Shown here in pieces: positions 41,440-54,034 of a DNA stretch of 64,000 nucleotides (the first letter of the stretch is position 1; the number at the start of each line of letters is the position of its first letter). The position numbers and the translations under genes are program-made. The DNA lies in assembly GCA_000934665.2 (NCBI GenBank), contig KZ538294.1, positions 1 to 64,000 on the forward strand, in the 5' to 3' direction. The stretch comes from Catajapyx aquilonaris. Taxonomy: Eukaryota. The notes under the pieces are model-generated. The model was not told the DNA's origin. It searched no databases and worked only from the letters and a program-made list of their open reading frames with translations.

Positions 41440-41607
41440 GTCACGCACTGCGTGAAATGGCAGAGAGCGATTTGGCATCGTTGCCACGCGAACCGCAGCT
41501 TCTGGCCCAATCAGCTGCCTTCCCGCCAAACTGAAACGTTGCGCACGCATCCAACTGCCCAATCAGAACGCTTGATGACAAAACGCGAGCGTGCACGCTG
41601 CCATTTT
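41440..41607. promoter_or_regulatory. Dense cluster of promoter-type motifs (candidate promoter/enhancer)
   Basis: Palindrome TCACGCA-C-TGCGTGA (41441-41455), X-box-like GTTGCCACGCGAAC (41480-41493), two CCAAT boxes in GCCCAATCAG context (41507, 41559), E2F-like TTCCCGCCAAA (41520-41530), NRF1-like TGCGCACGCA (41540-41549), YY1/Pho-like GCCATTTT (41600-41607). Confidence 0.45.
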
Positions 41608-43371
41608 TTTAATAAATATATATAAACAATTGATGTGTATCTCAGAAATTGTCGCACGCTCTATTTTCTCACTAAGAAAATGATAAAAGATGACCGTGAG
41701 TTTCTCAGCCGAATGGAAATTAATTAAGGAACGATTGTTATGAATGGAGCGTTTTTCAGGGTAGCTAGGGAAAAACGAACGTTCACGGTATGCGATTCAT
41801 TAAATCCTGAAAACAGGTGGCACGCGAATGCAATCTTTGATTCGATGTGGATCAGCAATTTGCAGGAATGGGAAAGATTTTTTTTTTTTGGTACAAAAAA
41901 ATGTAAATGGGGTTTGCAGGATGGACAGGATTCGAGCTGGTGTCGCCTTTGAAGCAGGTGATGGCCAAGGGATGTTTCTTAATGTCTGCGTGACCAGAAG
42001 CCAAGCCTCACCCCCCGTCGACCTCGTGTAATTGGACTCATGCAGTAGCCGGACGGACGACTTGCTCACCTGGCTCTCCTTATACAAACCCCCCCCCCCC
42101 CTTTTTCCAATTATGAAAATTTATGAATGGCCTTGCTTGCAAATTCCTATATACTTATGCAAAAAAAAATATGTATGCAGATTCGGATGAGTTATGACGT
42201 TTGGGGGGTGTAATTAAGGCCGTTTTGCTCATTGTGGGCTGGTATGTCCAGTGTAACGTAACGACAACAGCACTGGTCCGGACTAGTTCGTGTATATACC
42301 TCGAAGGTGTCTTTGCTGCCGACAGTTGTTATCGCAATTGAATTCAGAAATTCAAAACGGGTAGCAGATCCAGGTGAGGAACGAATTAGGTATCCGACTG
42401 ATGTGGCAACATGCTCTCGGGGGGTGTCTCTTTTCCTTTTCTCAGCTGGACGCTGACAGGAACAACGTGAAAAATGGCAATGAAACGGCTCACTTTAATT
42501 ACCTTCCCGCCTGGGATGGGGGTCGTACAACAGAGGCCTTTAAACCCTATACAAACCTATGTCAATAAAAGGAGCTACAAAGTATAGATGGCGCGATGTG
42601 GGCCATGTAATGCCGCGGAAATTTAAACGTCCCACGTGCGTATAATGAACGTGGGTGTTGGGTGGCCTATTGAATTTTTTTTCCAAAAGTTTGACCTCCC
42701 AAACCGTGTAGACAAATTTTTCATCGCGGCAGAACTCGTTAGCTCATTAGCTGGGTCCGCGGGTCATAAATCATGGGAGGCCCAAGGTGAAGGTTGAGCA
42801 GGTGTGATTGTTGGCAATCAAGTCGTCATGTTATGCTGGACCAAGCGTGACAATGCATTGGTTTTAGCGCATCCCAGGAAATGAAGCGGAACAGCCCCCC
42901 CCCCCTCCCCTTCCCGATTAATTGTATCCTGATATTGGGCAGAACCCCTAAGAATGTCTCGATTGTTGTCGTGACATGGCATGTGGACCAAATCTTGACG
43001 CGTGACTCAGAAAGGACGCGCGTTTACACATGATGTCATACGATTAGGTCTCATTAGGACCACATCCCCTTGCTACGCAATTTGAATGCATGATCTAGCA
43101 CTAATGGGGTGGTCAAAATTTGGCTTCACCCAATTTTTTTTAAAGGCTACAATTTTTTTTAAGGTTCGAAGGTGAAAATTTATGGATAACCTCTGTCCGC
43201 TGGTAAGTTTCCTGTCGGGTCTGTTATAGGAAAGGTTGGGTGTAAATCGCCTACGCTTGGTAAGCCATATGGAACATTGGGCCACCCCCCATTGGGAAGA
43301 ACCGTCACTTGCGTTATGTGCACCGTCGATACACTCCACGACATTGTTCTATTTTTAGGTACGGGTATATA

Positions 43372-43687
43372 CAGATACACTTTTTATAACCATGTTATCG
43401 GAAAATTTCACGTAGCTGCTGCTTTGTAAGCAGTGACTTGCAACCGGTGATTTGTCGGAGGAATGGGAAATGGGGAAAAAGAGGGTCACACATCCCATGG
43501 CATGTGTGACCCTCTTTATTCTAGGATTGACCCTCATCAATTTTCAGCGGGCAGCACATATGCCACTTCAACCTACGATTCGCAGGGAATATTCCGAAAA
43601 ATCACAGTTTGCAAGTCACTGCTTACATAGTAGCAGCTACGTGCAATTTTCCGATAACTGTTCGGACAAAAAAGTTAAAACACCCTG
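43372..43687. mobile_element. Second copy of mariner MITE M1 (left TIR degraded)
   Basis: Interior closely matches 19295-19621. Right TIR ...GGACAAAAAAGTTAAAACACCCTG|TA is intact. Confidence 0.9.
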
Positions 43688-43734
43688 TATATTGTAGTCT
43701 GTAGGATACAACTTGATCAAATATTATTTTCAAT

Positions 43735-44019
43735 AACCGAAGCAGTTTGGAGGAGGGGGATATGGTGTCCGACTGCTAATCGGGAGGTCCTGGGATCAAA
43801 TCCCGGGGCCGGCAACTCTGACCGTGGTTTTCTGTGGTTTCCCACGGTCCTTCCAGGAAAATTCCGGAGTTGCTTCCGTAATTAATAGGCCACAGCCGCT
43901 TCCTTTCGCCCCTATCCTATCCCAAAGAGCACAGTAAAATGAAATCAAAGAGGTCCAGGTAAAACAAACTTCCCCCCTAAAGAGCCGATGGCTGAGAACG
44001 GGGTATGAATATTTTTAAA
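43735..44019 (+). mobile_element. tRNA-derived SINE (subfamily D: C-type head/core, different tail)
   Basis: Head and core homologous to 37921-38171. B box variant GGGATCAAATCCC (43792-43804). Near-identical to 61004-61303. 16-bp TSD with 2 mismatches at 43719-43734 and 44020-44035. Confidence 0.9.
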
Positions 44020-46575
44020 AAATATTACATTCAATGGCTAAATACGTTGTGACATTTCCCGCATACACAAGATGGAGTTAGTTGCGAGTTTTCCTAGAGA
44101 TGGCGAGATGCGGGTGGTGGACCTGATGGGGGGAATCTTGAAGTTGTAATATTGTTCACGACCCTGAGTGACTATTCTGGTAGAGGAGATGACCTATAGG
44201 CAGGTCACAGCTTTTAGTAAACGCAGTGCCTGATGGCGGCCCCAAAATATTCAAAAGGCAATTTCAGAATGTATGAAGATGCGAATCTGGCGTATACCAT
44301 CAGTGATAATGAATAACAGAGTGCACACGTGTAATGAAGCAAAAGAACGAGAAGAAAACACACGAGGAGCTGAAACGCACGGGCAAGCGTGAGAACGGCG
44401 CATGATATTAAATCAAGGAGTGTGCGTGCTCGTTCCGTATACGAAATGCGCCGCATGCAAATGCTCTTGTCCCTGGAAATTCCCCACTGTGTGTATACAG
44501 ACATACACCCAACAGCAGTTCGGGGTTATCTATTTTTCCTGAAGAGACTTATGGCTTCCTCTTATCCATCCATATAACTGCTGCTCTTCTGACAAAAGAG
44601 ATTCGCATCGAAAAAAAAAAAAAAGTTTTTGGCCATTTGAGTCCACCCCTGTTGTTGTCGCAAATCTCTCAAAAAACGTTTCGCAAAGTCGACGACAAGC
44701 GTTTTCTCATGCTACGAGGCTGTAACAAGCAAAAAGATGGCGATAAGGGCCTCTGATAATCGCGCATAACAGAGCTGCTTCCCTCAGATGATAATAAGGG
44801 TGATAATGAGCAAGGCATTAAATGTTATAATCACGATGGCGGTGGTCAGAAAGCAGAAATGTCTCGTGTTCAGAGCCGATTTTTCAGCCAAAAAGTTTGC
44901 TTTGTGGTAAAACGGCCTATTTGTTCAGCCCCGCCATTGTTGGGTTAAGGGTGTTTCGCAAGCATGGCATACCATAATGTAAAATACGAATCGTCACAAA
45001 AAAAAAAATTTGAGCAAATGCATCTTGTTCCATTATAAAAAGTTTATATAGTTCTGAGAGGACATTTGGGTGAACTTGTTAAGCTTAAAATTTTGAGGAC
45101 TGAAAGGGAAGGTGCAATTTTCTAAAAGTGATGGAAAAATATAGCATTTCCACTTTTTTTTTTTAAAACCACTGTAACACCGCCTTTCTCCATATATGGC
45201 CACAAAAGTATTCTAATTTCTCAACTTCTTTCGCATAGGGAGAGGAAACTTTTCTTGACTGAATTCTTGCTGGCTTTTAATGTTTTAACAGAATAGGTGG
45301 GGAGGGTGGGGTAAGGGAGAGGGAAAAGGGCTGGAAAAATCAGATGAGAAAATTTTTCTGGAAGCCTGACTATTGGGTGCGGAATATCGACTTCTTTTTT
45401 TTTTAGAGGTGTAGAAAAGCTTTCTATCGTAATGCCCTTTCCTTTAATGGCTCAGGCAGAGTGAATTTTAAATAACAATGATTTCTGAGAAGAGCAAAGG
45501 TTATTTTACACTTCGCTCGCACAGGAAAGGAGAGGAGGAAAAATCATTTAGAATTTGCTCAAGAAGCAGTCATATCTTCAGCAGTTAACTTTATAGCAGG
45601 AAACTCCGTTTATATATTAATAAATTAAGGTACGTAATTGTATGCACGTTTAAAAAAAATACATGCTATATGTTAAATTAGTTGAAAACTGATAGTGACA
45701 AGTTTGATCATTCTCAGGGTCACTATGCCTTGAACTTCGATCATTACCAGAATACGCACACAACAAGCCGTTACATATCCGTACTTGAACACGAAAATGA
45801 GCCACCAACTACAGTGTTCACATATTGAACAAGTACCAATTCTGAAGCTGGCCTGTAGCCTTTAGGTACACATAAAGTCCACGATCACTCGAGCATTTCC
45901 AACTGAGGGAAAACTTCGGGTAGAAAAACCCATAATATTGCATTATTTGGAATGTAGCGTGGGGAGGGAAAAGGGGAGAGAACAATACTGCAAAGGTACG
46001 TTATAATATTATTCATCAGGTAATAGCAGACAGGTGGGTACTCGATATCTTTGGCTCTGGGCACAAATCCCAGGAGCTTGGCTTCAAGGGTGGAGGAGGA
46101 GTGGTGGTGGTGGTTGAGTTAAGGAAGAAAAAAAAAATGTAAAAGGGGCCTTTCAATCACTCGGTTTGTATGTAATGGCTTTGTGCAGCATAAGGTAGTA
46201 TTAGGCTGGCATTTTCCGGGTCGAAACCCTTCATTTGACAGAATAGGCTGTTAGTGCACGGCCGGTCTGGAAATGGGTATACTGTCCTATTCTGTATTAC
46301 TGAACATGAATTTTTAGTTTCTCATCCCCCCCCCCCTCCACCCCTACTTCCACCCAAGCCACCGCCTCTACCTTACGTTGCATACCATGCATGCAGCGCC
46401 ATGTTTCTAAATAATTAAACTTGAAAATAAGCGCTATGGAGGCCACTTGTGATATGGTCGTGGGTAGAATGGCGTCGATAAAAATGGTATAATTTTTTTG
46501 ACCATATTTTGGCCTAGCCTATGTCGAAAGCACGTCCAGTGGCAATAAGGCATAACATTTTAAATTTCAATATTT

Positions 46576-46728
46576 TTATTTATTTTATTTATTTTTATTT
46601 GCCCCGTGATGTCCCTTACGGGATCTATAGGGGGGGGGGGGGTGGCACACCACCATCAGTTTTCAGTATATTTTTCAGCTACTTTCTCCGGTGCAAGGAA
46701 ACAGGGGCATTGGGAACAATCCCTATCC
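46576..46728 (-). mobile_element. 5'-truncated copy of the family-B 3' region
   Basis: Homologous to 3262-3380 (CCCCGTGATG...CTATAGGGGGG..TGGCA.ACCACCAT.CAGTTTTC...CTCCGGTGCAAGGA). T-rich tail on the plus strand. 18-bp TSD TTTTAAATTTMAATATTT at 46558-46575 and 46729-46746. Confidence 0.85.
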
Positions 46729-49700
46729 TTTTAAATTTAAATATTTAACTACATTGCCCTCATCTCTGCTAATCTTCTGTACTCCGATGTATACACCTGG
46801 CAGGGAGCAGGTACTACTTGAATTTGTTACTCCGGTGTACACTTTACAGTCGAGTGAGTAACCCCTTGGTTTACATGAAAGTTCAGCAAGTAACATTTTG
46901 TTGGCTATATTTGGAAGCTAACTGTGTTACACTCAAATATACCAGACAATTTCGTCGACATACAAATAACCACTGAACCATATCCCAATTATTATTTTCT
47001 TTTTTTTTAAAGAAACACCTAAACTCATCCCATTCGGTAAAGCATGCAGATCGCATGGGACCTCCATCCTCTAGAAAGTTTTCTAGTCAAAAATTGTGAC
47101 TGAGAAGCGTGACAAGGTAGCACACCAAAAGTGGCTCCCGAAAAATGTTTCTCTTCGGCCCGCCTTTCTTCATCTTTCTCAAAAATTTTTTTGGCGGGCT
47201 TTGCAAGCAAAGTATGGCGTCAGGGACAGATTTATAAACCCCCTGGTGAGAGGACGGAAGGGGTGTGTGAAACAAAAGGCTGCCGGTTGGAGGCGCAAAA
47301 AGAGAGATTGATGGTTTCCGGTGGCTGGAAAACAGTCCGGAGGCTCTGTTTCCAGTCGTTTGTTTCCAACTATTCTCCAGGAAAAGGTGCGTCCTCTGCC
47401 TTACCTGATGGGTCTCTTGGTCATTTCTCCTGGAGGGCACTGTTTGTTTTTCGTAATGGTTTGTGTGAAAGACGGTATTATCTGGATGACATTAGAATAA
47501 ATCAATTGATTGACAGACAACTTTTAGGCCAATTAACACAAAACGTAATGGGGTGAACCATAAGGAAGTAATATAGTTAACCCCCCACAAATTTTATGGT
47601 AATCGAATCACATAGCAGACACATTGATGCTCCACAATGCACAGTGACTTTGCTAAAAATAAAAATGTTACGGGCCTATTTTTTTACGTTATAGAAAACA
47701 TGGAAGGTTATGCAAATTTTCCTCATAATATACTCGTACTATGAATGTGCATGGAATGAGTAGTTTTACATGTCTGAATTGCATGTATTGTCAATTAATA
47801 CAACAAACCATATGATTTCCCATGTGGTGAGAAGCACTTAACGTAATAATGCTCACCAGCTTCACGGAAAGGATGATAATAATATATTAAAATAGCGCAA
47901 TTGCATATCTGTCTGAATATAATGTGAGCCCTTCGTAGATTTTTATCAAACAGTTGATTTCAGGGTTTTCTTGCGTAATACCACTGCCTCCTATGAAGGG
48001 TTTTTTTCTGTCGTAAGTGTGGCTCGTTTGTGAAAAATCTATCATATTCGTCCCAAACAAAATTATTTCCAACGTCCATCGTAGATATTGCACCGGTGAT
48101 CGAACTCGAGACCTCAGATGTAGAGTACTATGGCGCTATGGCTTCACCACCCATGAGAATAATCACATGTTTTGGCAGCAAATTCTTGACTTTGCTTCTT
48201 GTGCCCTACAGTGTAAGTGTACCGAAAAGCATCGCGTGTTTCACAGTATATGACGCACAGGAGAGGTAGGGGGGGGGGGAGGAGGAAGATGCCCTGATGC
48301 GTGATGACCCTCGGTCAGAGGCTCTGAAAAGTGGGGACATCTGCGTTGAGACCAAGTGTACCTCAGAGTCATCTGTGCTGGGACAATGGATGGCGGGATG
48401 CGCATGAGGTGGCGGTTAGCAAGCGCTCATTTTCCAACTTTACGTGACTGCCACGGATTTGTCTCCGACCTAAGAAAATGTAGCGGGGGGAAGGGGGATG
48501 GGGGGGGGGGGGAGAAAGCTGGCCTTGGACAGAACTTTAAGGAGTAAGAAAAAATATAATAAATGAAAAAGAGAGGAAAAGACCGACAGTCGACACGCTA
48601 CAGGGGGGGTGGGGGTAATGGGGGATGGAGCTGTGGAGGGAGGACAGTCCTATTGTTGTGCAGACAATGCTATTGTTGTTCATTCATAGTTGGTTAACCT
48701 GCCAAGATGTATGGTTATTCATGTATGACCGGTGATAATGTCGTGCAGGGCCTTGACTTTGCCACATTTGATGCTCTCGAAGGTGACTCGCTCTATATGT
48801 TCCAACTTGCTGATATCGTCTTAATATTATTGGTCGCAAATGATATCGTTTTTGCATTATGTGCATAAAGAAAGAACTGAACTCAGTTGCCATGGAGAGA
48901 ATGTTATTGACAAAGAGAGCCTGCTATCTAATGCAACTGTTTAAATTATGCAGATGCATTATAGTGGCAATAACATCCTGAAATGATTCCTAATATTTGG
49001 GGTAATAGAAAATGTTGGAACACCTTTTGATGGTTGTTAATTTTACCGCGACTTGACAGGAAACACATTTTTGCATAATATTATTACCATATTTATCATC
49101 CTACTATTGTACTCTGCAGCTGAAGTCAAATTTATACAGGCTGTTCCAATTGAAAGGCCATTTAGTCGTTACCAAGGTCTTATAGCAGTTACTCTTAGTT
49201 GTTGTCAAAAGTAGTAGCTGCGGCCTGCAACCTGATGACAATAAATAAAGTCTATTGTAAAAAGCAAGAAGGATGGATCAGGAAGATGCGAACAATGAAA
49301 CCATTGAGTGTGTGAATGACCCTGGTACCTTGATGCCAGTTCCTTAGAGGAAGTCACACAATTTTCTTTCATCTCTCTCAAACGATAGAAACACTGTAAT
49401 TAAAACGGTTCAGATCACATGCTGAAAGTGGTTATGTCACCTATCGATATAACCTACCTCCCACCATTAGTAACTGAGTCATCTCAAGTCAGCTTTACCC
49501 AACACCCAGGTCAGAGGGATGTAAAAGTTCATGCATTGTTACTAATCGCTGCAGGGCACCAAGGTTCTCATGAACTTCTAGGATAATGTTGCTTACGTTA
49601 CTACAAGTTGTTGCTCGAAAGCAGGAATCTCGAACTGTCCCAACGACACGGACGTCAGTCCACGCCCGATGACCCTTCGCTCGTGCGGTGATCTTATGTT

Positions 49701-50778
49701 CCGTTGATCGCTCTGGGGCACATTGTGACTTTTGAAGCGAACAATGTTTTAGTAGACGGATGCTGCGTCATTTACTCAACTTGCAGATGGGAGATGCAGA
49801 GTGTTTGTTGGATTATGATAATCTTAATAGTGGTATAAGTTGAGTGTATCGTACAGCAGTATACGGAGGAATTTACGACTAACTTATAGCGTATTTGCAT
49901 TTCACAGTCGTAATATTGCAAAATTTCCTTAGTTCTAAACCACGTTGAAATCAAACATGCATAAACGTATATTAAAATTATGCTGTAATAATTGCGTAAT
50001 ATGACCGTGACTATCGAGGAAGTTGCAGTGAATTATGAATTTCTAATTAACAAAGAGTCTGATGTTTGCGTGTATTGCCTATAGACTTCGTGGCGCTTGT
50101 ACTATAAGGAAGGACATTATTTCCATGAATTCCCTTTTTAGTTACTGTTTATTTCAGTTTACGTACACTCTAAACCATGTCCCATCAAAATAGAAAATTG
50201 TCTTTCCCCCCCCCACCACCATTTACTGTATTTAGATGTCAACAGCACTTTCCCATATACACTTATGTAGTTTTAATTGTTGCCTAAGGGGCATGTAATT
50301 TGTGATTAATAGCAATATTAGTCGTTACGTGTTGCGGGGAGTTGAGCAGCTAGGGACCACACCACAAATAGAGGACTTAAACGCTATATGACAGCACCGA
50401 GTAACTTAAATTAATGAAACCCAAGCTATTCAATTACTTCAGTCATTGAGTACAGCACAAACTGGCATTTCTGCTAGTTAGCGCAACAGGATTAACGTCT
50501 GGTCTAATAATGATGATAAATATTTCACGCGCTGTCCAAACATAAACGGCCTAAAGATTAGGATCGACATGTATCGTTTTATATGGCTGTCATAGACCGA
50601 AATATTATTCGTAGAGATTTTTCAGTTACCGTAAAATGAAACCGTCCAACCAATACCCTACAAAACAAAAAAGCAGGGTTAATAAAAGTCACATAATTAC
50701 CATGGATTACTTAGTGGTAATCTAATTTATTAATTTCATATAGTAACAAGTGGAAGTAGCCAGTTTTACCTAAGTATA

Positions 50779-50871
50779 CAGGGTGTTCCAAGTTCGGGGG
50801 GTCACTTCTTGATAACTGCTACCAAGGGATATCAGTTATCAAGAAGTGACCCTCGAACTTGGAACACCCTG
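50779..50871. mobile_element. 93-bp mariner-type hairpin MITE
   Basis: TA|CAGGGTGTTCCAAGTTCGGGGGGTCACTTCTTGATAACTG ... CAGTTATCAAGAAGTGACCCTCGAACTTGGAACACCCTG|TA. Confidence 0.92.
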
Positions 50872-51233
50872 TATACATTGTTGTCATATATTACGTATAC
50901 AAGTATTATTCGATGTCTTTAAAAAAATGAGCATGTCACTCACTGCATAGGATAACAGTATTCCTGAGCTAACTTAAAATACATTGATATACCATTGGGT
51001 ATGATGTGTAAAAATGAAAGTATACGTTTCCAATCTTCCGACTGGTTCAATTTAATTGTTGTACTACGCTGATTCTGGACGTTTGTCAGAAGTGAAGTCG
51101 GAGTGGAAAAGAATATACCGTAGGCCTATAGCCCTAATTATGTCTAGAACTACACACTACAAGAGTTTCTGCTGAAATTGGATCAAATTCTGCAGAAAAC
51201 AAGTACGCTGCACAGTGGTCTGCGAGACAGGTA

Positions 51234-51918
51234 CAGGGTGTTCCATACTGATTCAAACAAAAAGTTCAGGTGCTATATGAAATTTTACGTAATTTAAATT
51301 GTGATTTCATTAGATGTACATCAGGCCGAGTCGATGCAATGTCGCAAGTTGTATCCGCCACCTACAAGATAGTGTCATGAACACTACTTTAATGAACTGG
51401 ATCTCATCAGTAACGAGTGTTACACAGGGTTCGTAAATTTAACCTACCGTCGCTTTGGGAAATGATCGAGGGGTTTTAAGGGTTGAGTATATGCAACATG
51501 GGTCTCCGACGCATAGTTACCGAGATAATTAGCATTAAATAAAACGTGTATTATCCCAGCTTATAGGTTTAGGATACTGCTTACGATACTTCCATCGCCT
51601 AGGCCATTCCCTTCTACATCTAACAGGATCGTAAATTAAAATTAAATTCATGGTAACACCTTAAATTTAAATGAAAAAGGTAAGGTCGCGTGGAGGGACG
51701 CATATTATATGTGCCAGTATACCTTGTGTTTGAAGCACATTATCTCGGTAACTATATGCGTCGGAGACCCATGATGGATATACCCAAAGTGCTCGTCTAG
51801 AACCCCTATATCATTTTCCCAAATCGACCGTAAGTTAAATTTCCGAACCCTGTGTATAGTGATCCACTGATGCGCGTAGTTCTCTCTAAAAGTGTCCCTC
51901 TCATTTTGAAACACCCTA
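51234..51918. mobile_element. Probable outer mariner-type MITE
   Basis: TA|CAGGGTGTTCCATACTGA ... TCATTTTGAAACACCCTA|TA. TIRs are short and imperfect. Confidence 0.5.
51423..51854. mobile_element. Inner TA-flanked MITE with ~110-bp inverted arms
   Basis: TA|CACAGGGTTCGTAAATTTAAC...CATGGGTCTCCGACGCATAGTTACCGAGATAAT versus ATTATCTCGGTAACTATATGCGTCGGAGACCCATG...GTTAAATTTCCGAACCCTGTG|TA. Confidence 0.8.
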
Positions 51919-52698
51919 TACTCCAACAGTATACAGGGAGTTTCTGAATTCAACCGACGAACTTGGAGGGGTAATAGAGGGGACCAAGACAAACATATTT
52001 GGCATAGGAAACCGTGTCCGGAAACGCCATCTAGAGGGGGTTCATAGACAAGGAACGGGTGCGCTCAGACGCGTCAGGCTGGCGGCGTGTAGAGTTTCTA
52101 TGGTGACAGATTCCTGAACCAAGTTTCCCCATAAATAAGCCTCTTATCCTTGGTGCGATATTTCTTTTATTTGAATCCGGATTGGTTTCTGCGTAGTAAC
52201 TTAATGGTGTTATTTTCTTCCTAGTGGGCGTGTGCCAACGTGACCGTAAGAAGGGCAAACAAAAAAGTCTATTTTGCTATTAATCGCAACGTGATGAATA
52301 AAGAAAATGATGAATACGTCAGTATGATAATTATGTCATAATTAACCGGATTTTGTCATTAAACTATTTTTTTCTTACACTAAGCCCGATTATACGTATC
52401 TACTTACAAAAACTGAAATAATACGTGTATTTTGGGGTGGAAATAAATCCGGTTTTTTAACCAATGAAAAATGAGCCGCGGAATGTCGATAGACCGTAAC
52501 ATATAATCCACTAAATGAGAAAAATGTTTCAAATTTCTCATTGTCAATTTGAGCAGCCCCCTTTCAGGCTTGGTGGGCCCTTCGACCTATCCGCCCCCTA
52601 TGGGCTATATTGGGGATTATTTCTCAATGTTTCTCTCCTGTTTCCTTTACAATACCGGTACCAAGAATCGCCGTACGGTCCATGACACATTCATCGTC

Positions 52699-52876
52699 AT
52701 GTACTACGGGACTCAAATTGTTTTGGCCACTTTATCCTGGTCTTGAAGCAACCCTTCACACAGGCCCCACGGTGAGGAAGGGTGTGTGTGTAACCTTCCT
52801 CACCATGGGGCCTGTGTGAAGGGTTGCTTCAAGACCAGGATAAAGTGGCCAAAACAATTTGAGCCCCATAGTACAT
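52699..52876. repeat. 178-bp near-perfect palindrome (foldback MITE, unclassified)
   Basis: ~83-bp arms with 3 mismatches. Loop GTGTGTGTGTAA. Confidence 0.9.
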
Positions 52877-52919
52877 ATCACATTGCCTTAATCCGCTACA
52901 TGGCGCCACCAAATGGGAC

Positions 52920-53161
52920 CAGGGTCACCTACATGAGTGCCTCCCCCACCTAGACAGGGTATTGTCTCTCCGCCATATTGGAGCTAATTCGCATAGGAGC
53001 TACATGCAGTGAAAAAAACAATTGAAAAAAGCAAAAACGAATCGCTTGCCAATTCCCTATCCTGCAGCATGGGGCGGCCATATTGGAGCTAGATTGCATA
53101 AGGACTACGTGAAGACAATACCCTGGTTAGGGTGGGGGAGGCAACCATGTAGGGGACCCTG
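52920..53161. mobile_element. 8-bp-TSD (hAT/P-type) MITE
   Basis: ~48-bp TIR CAGGGTCMCCTACATG..TGCCTCCCCCACC...CAGGGTATTGTCT. TSD AATGGGAC/AATGTGAC (7/8). Internal direct repeat GCCATATTGGAGCTA..GCATA occurs twice. Confidence 0.8.
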
Positions 53162-54034
53162 AATGTGACAAGTGCTGGTACGCTACCCCAAGATGGCACT
53201 CGGTGACTCAAAAGCATTTGAGCCATGCCCGCAGGATTGTCACCACAGGACTCCTACTTGACATATAGGCCTACTCAAAATGGGTGAATGCAAGCCTACC
53301 GAAAATGGGCAGGGGGAAGGTGGGGGAGAAGGGAGGACATGGAAGGGAGGAACAGCATGGCAGCCATGCAGCTTCCTGCCTGCCCAAGCGAAGTACTTGG
53401 GCACAATAGGTTAGTTAGGCCGGCGGGCGCAACCGGAAGCTGAATCATAAGCCCTTGCAGACGAACCTTCCGTCCGGCCTGAATTAGGAGACCTCTTCAG
53501 CCTGATTAGGAGAGGGGGAGTTAGGTGGGGGGGGGGNNNNNNNNNNNNNNNNNNNNNNNNNNNNGGGGGGGGGATCCAAAAGAGTAGGCTTTGGATGCTG
53601 CAAGTACAATTTCAATCGGAGAGTACCTAGGTCTTAGTGTGTAATTATTTGTGGAAAAGCACGCAGGGACAGTGTTTCGCCACAGAATCACGACCAGGAG
53701 GAGTGTGGAAAAAAAATAATTGCAAGGCTTGGAGAGATAATGATACGATAGGTATGGGTAGTGTATCCTTGACATTATTCCGTGTTCGGCTTGTATTTCC
53801 TGCAACTTCTCTTTTCTTATTTTTTTCCAGAATCCCCCCACTTTAGGATTAATTTGCGCTGGTGCCTATATCTAGTCGGTATATTGAAGGTGTTGCAAGA
53901 ATAGGGCTGTACAAATCGTGATTGCAATTCCGTTGTAAATTATAAGTTACGTTTGATTATTATGGGCTTAGGTTGTATTCAGTAAATGTAAGTTACGCAA
54001 GTTGGAGTACGTCAAGTCTGGACGTATGAGCCTA

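Noticed and set aside
48000..48150. Degenerate minus-strand SINE head (B-box-like GAGTTCGATCACC at 48095-48107)
   Set aside because: Weak A box. No TSD, tail or second copy found.
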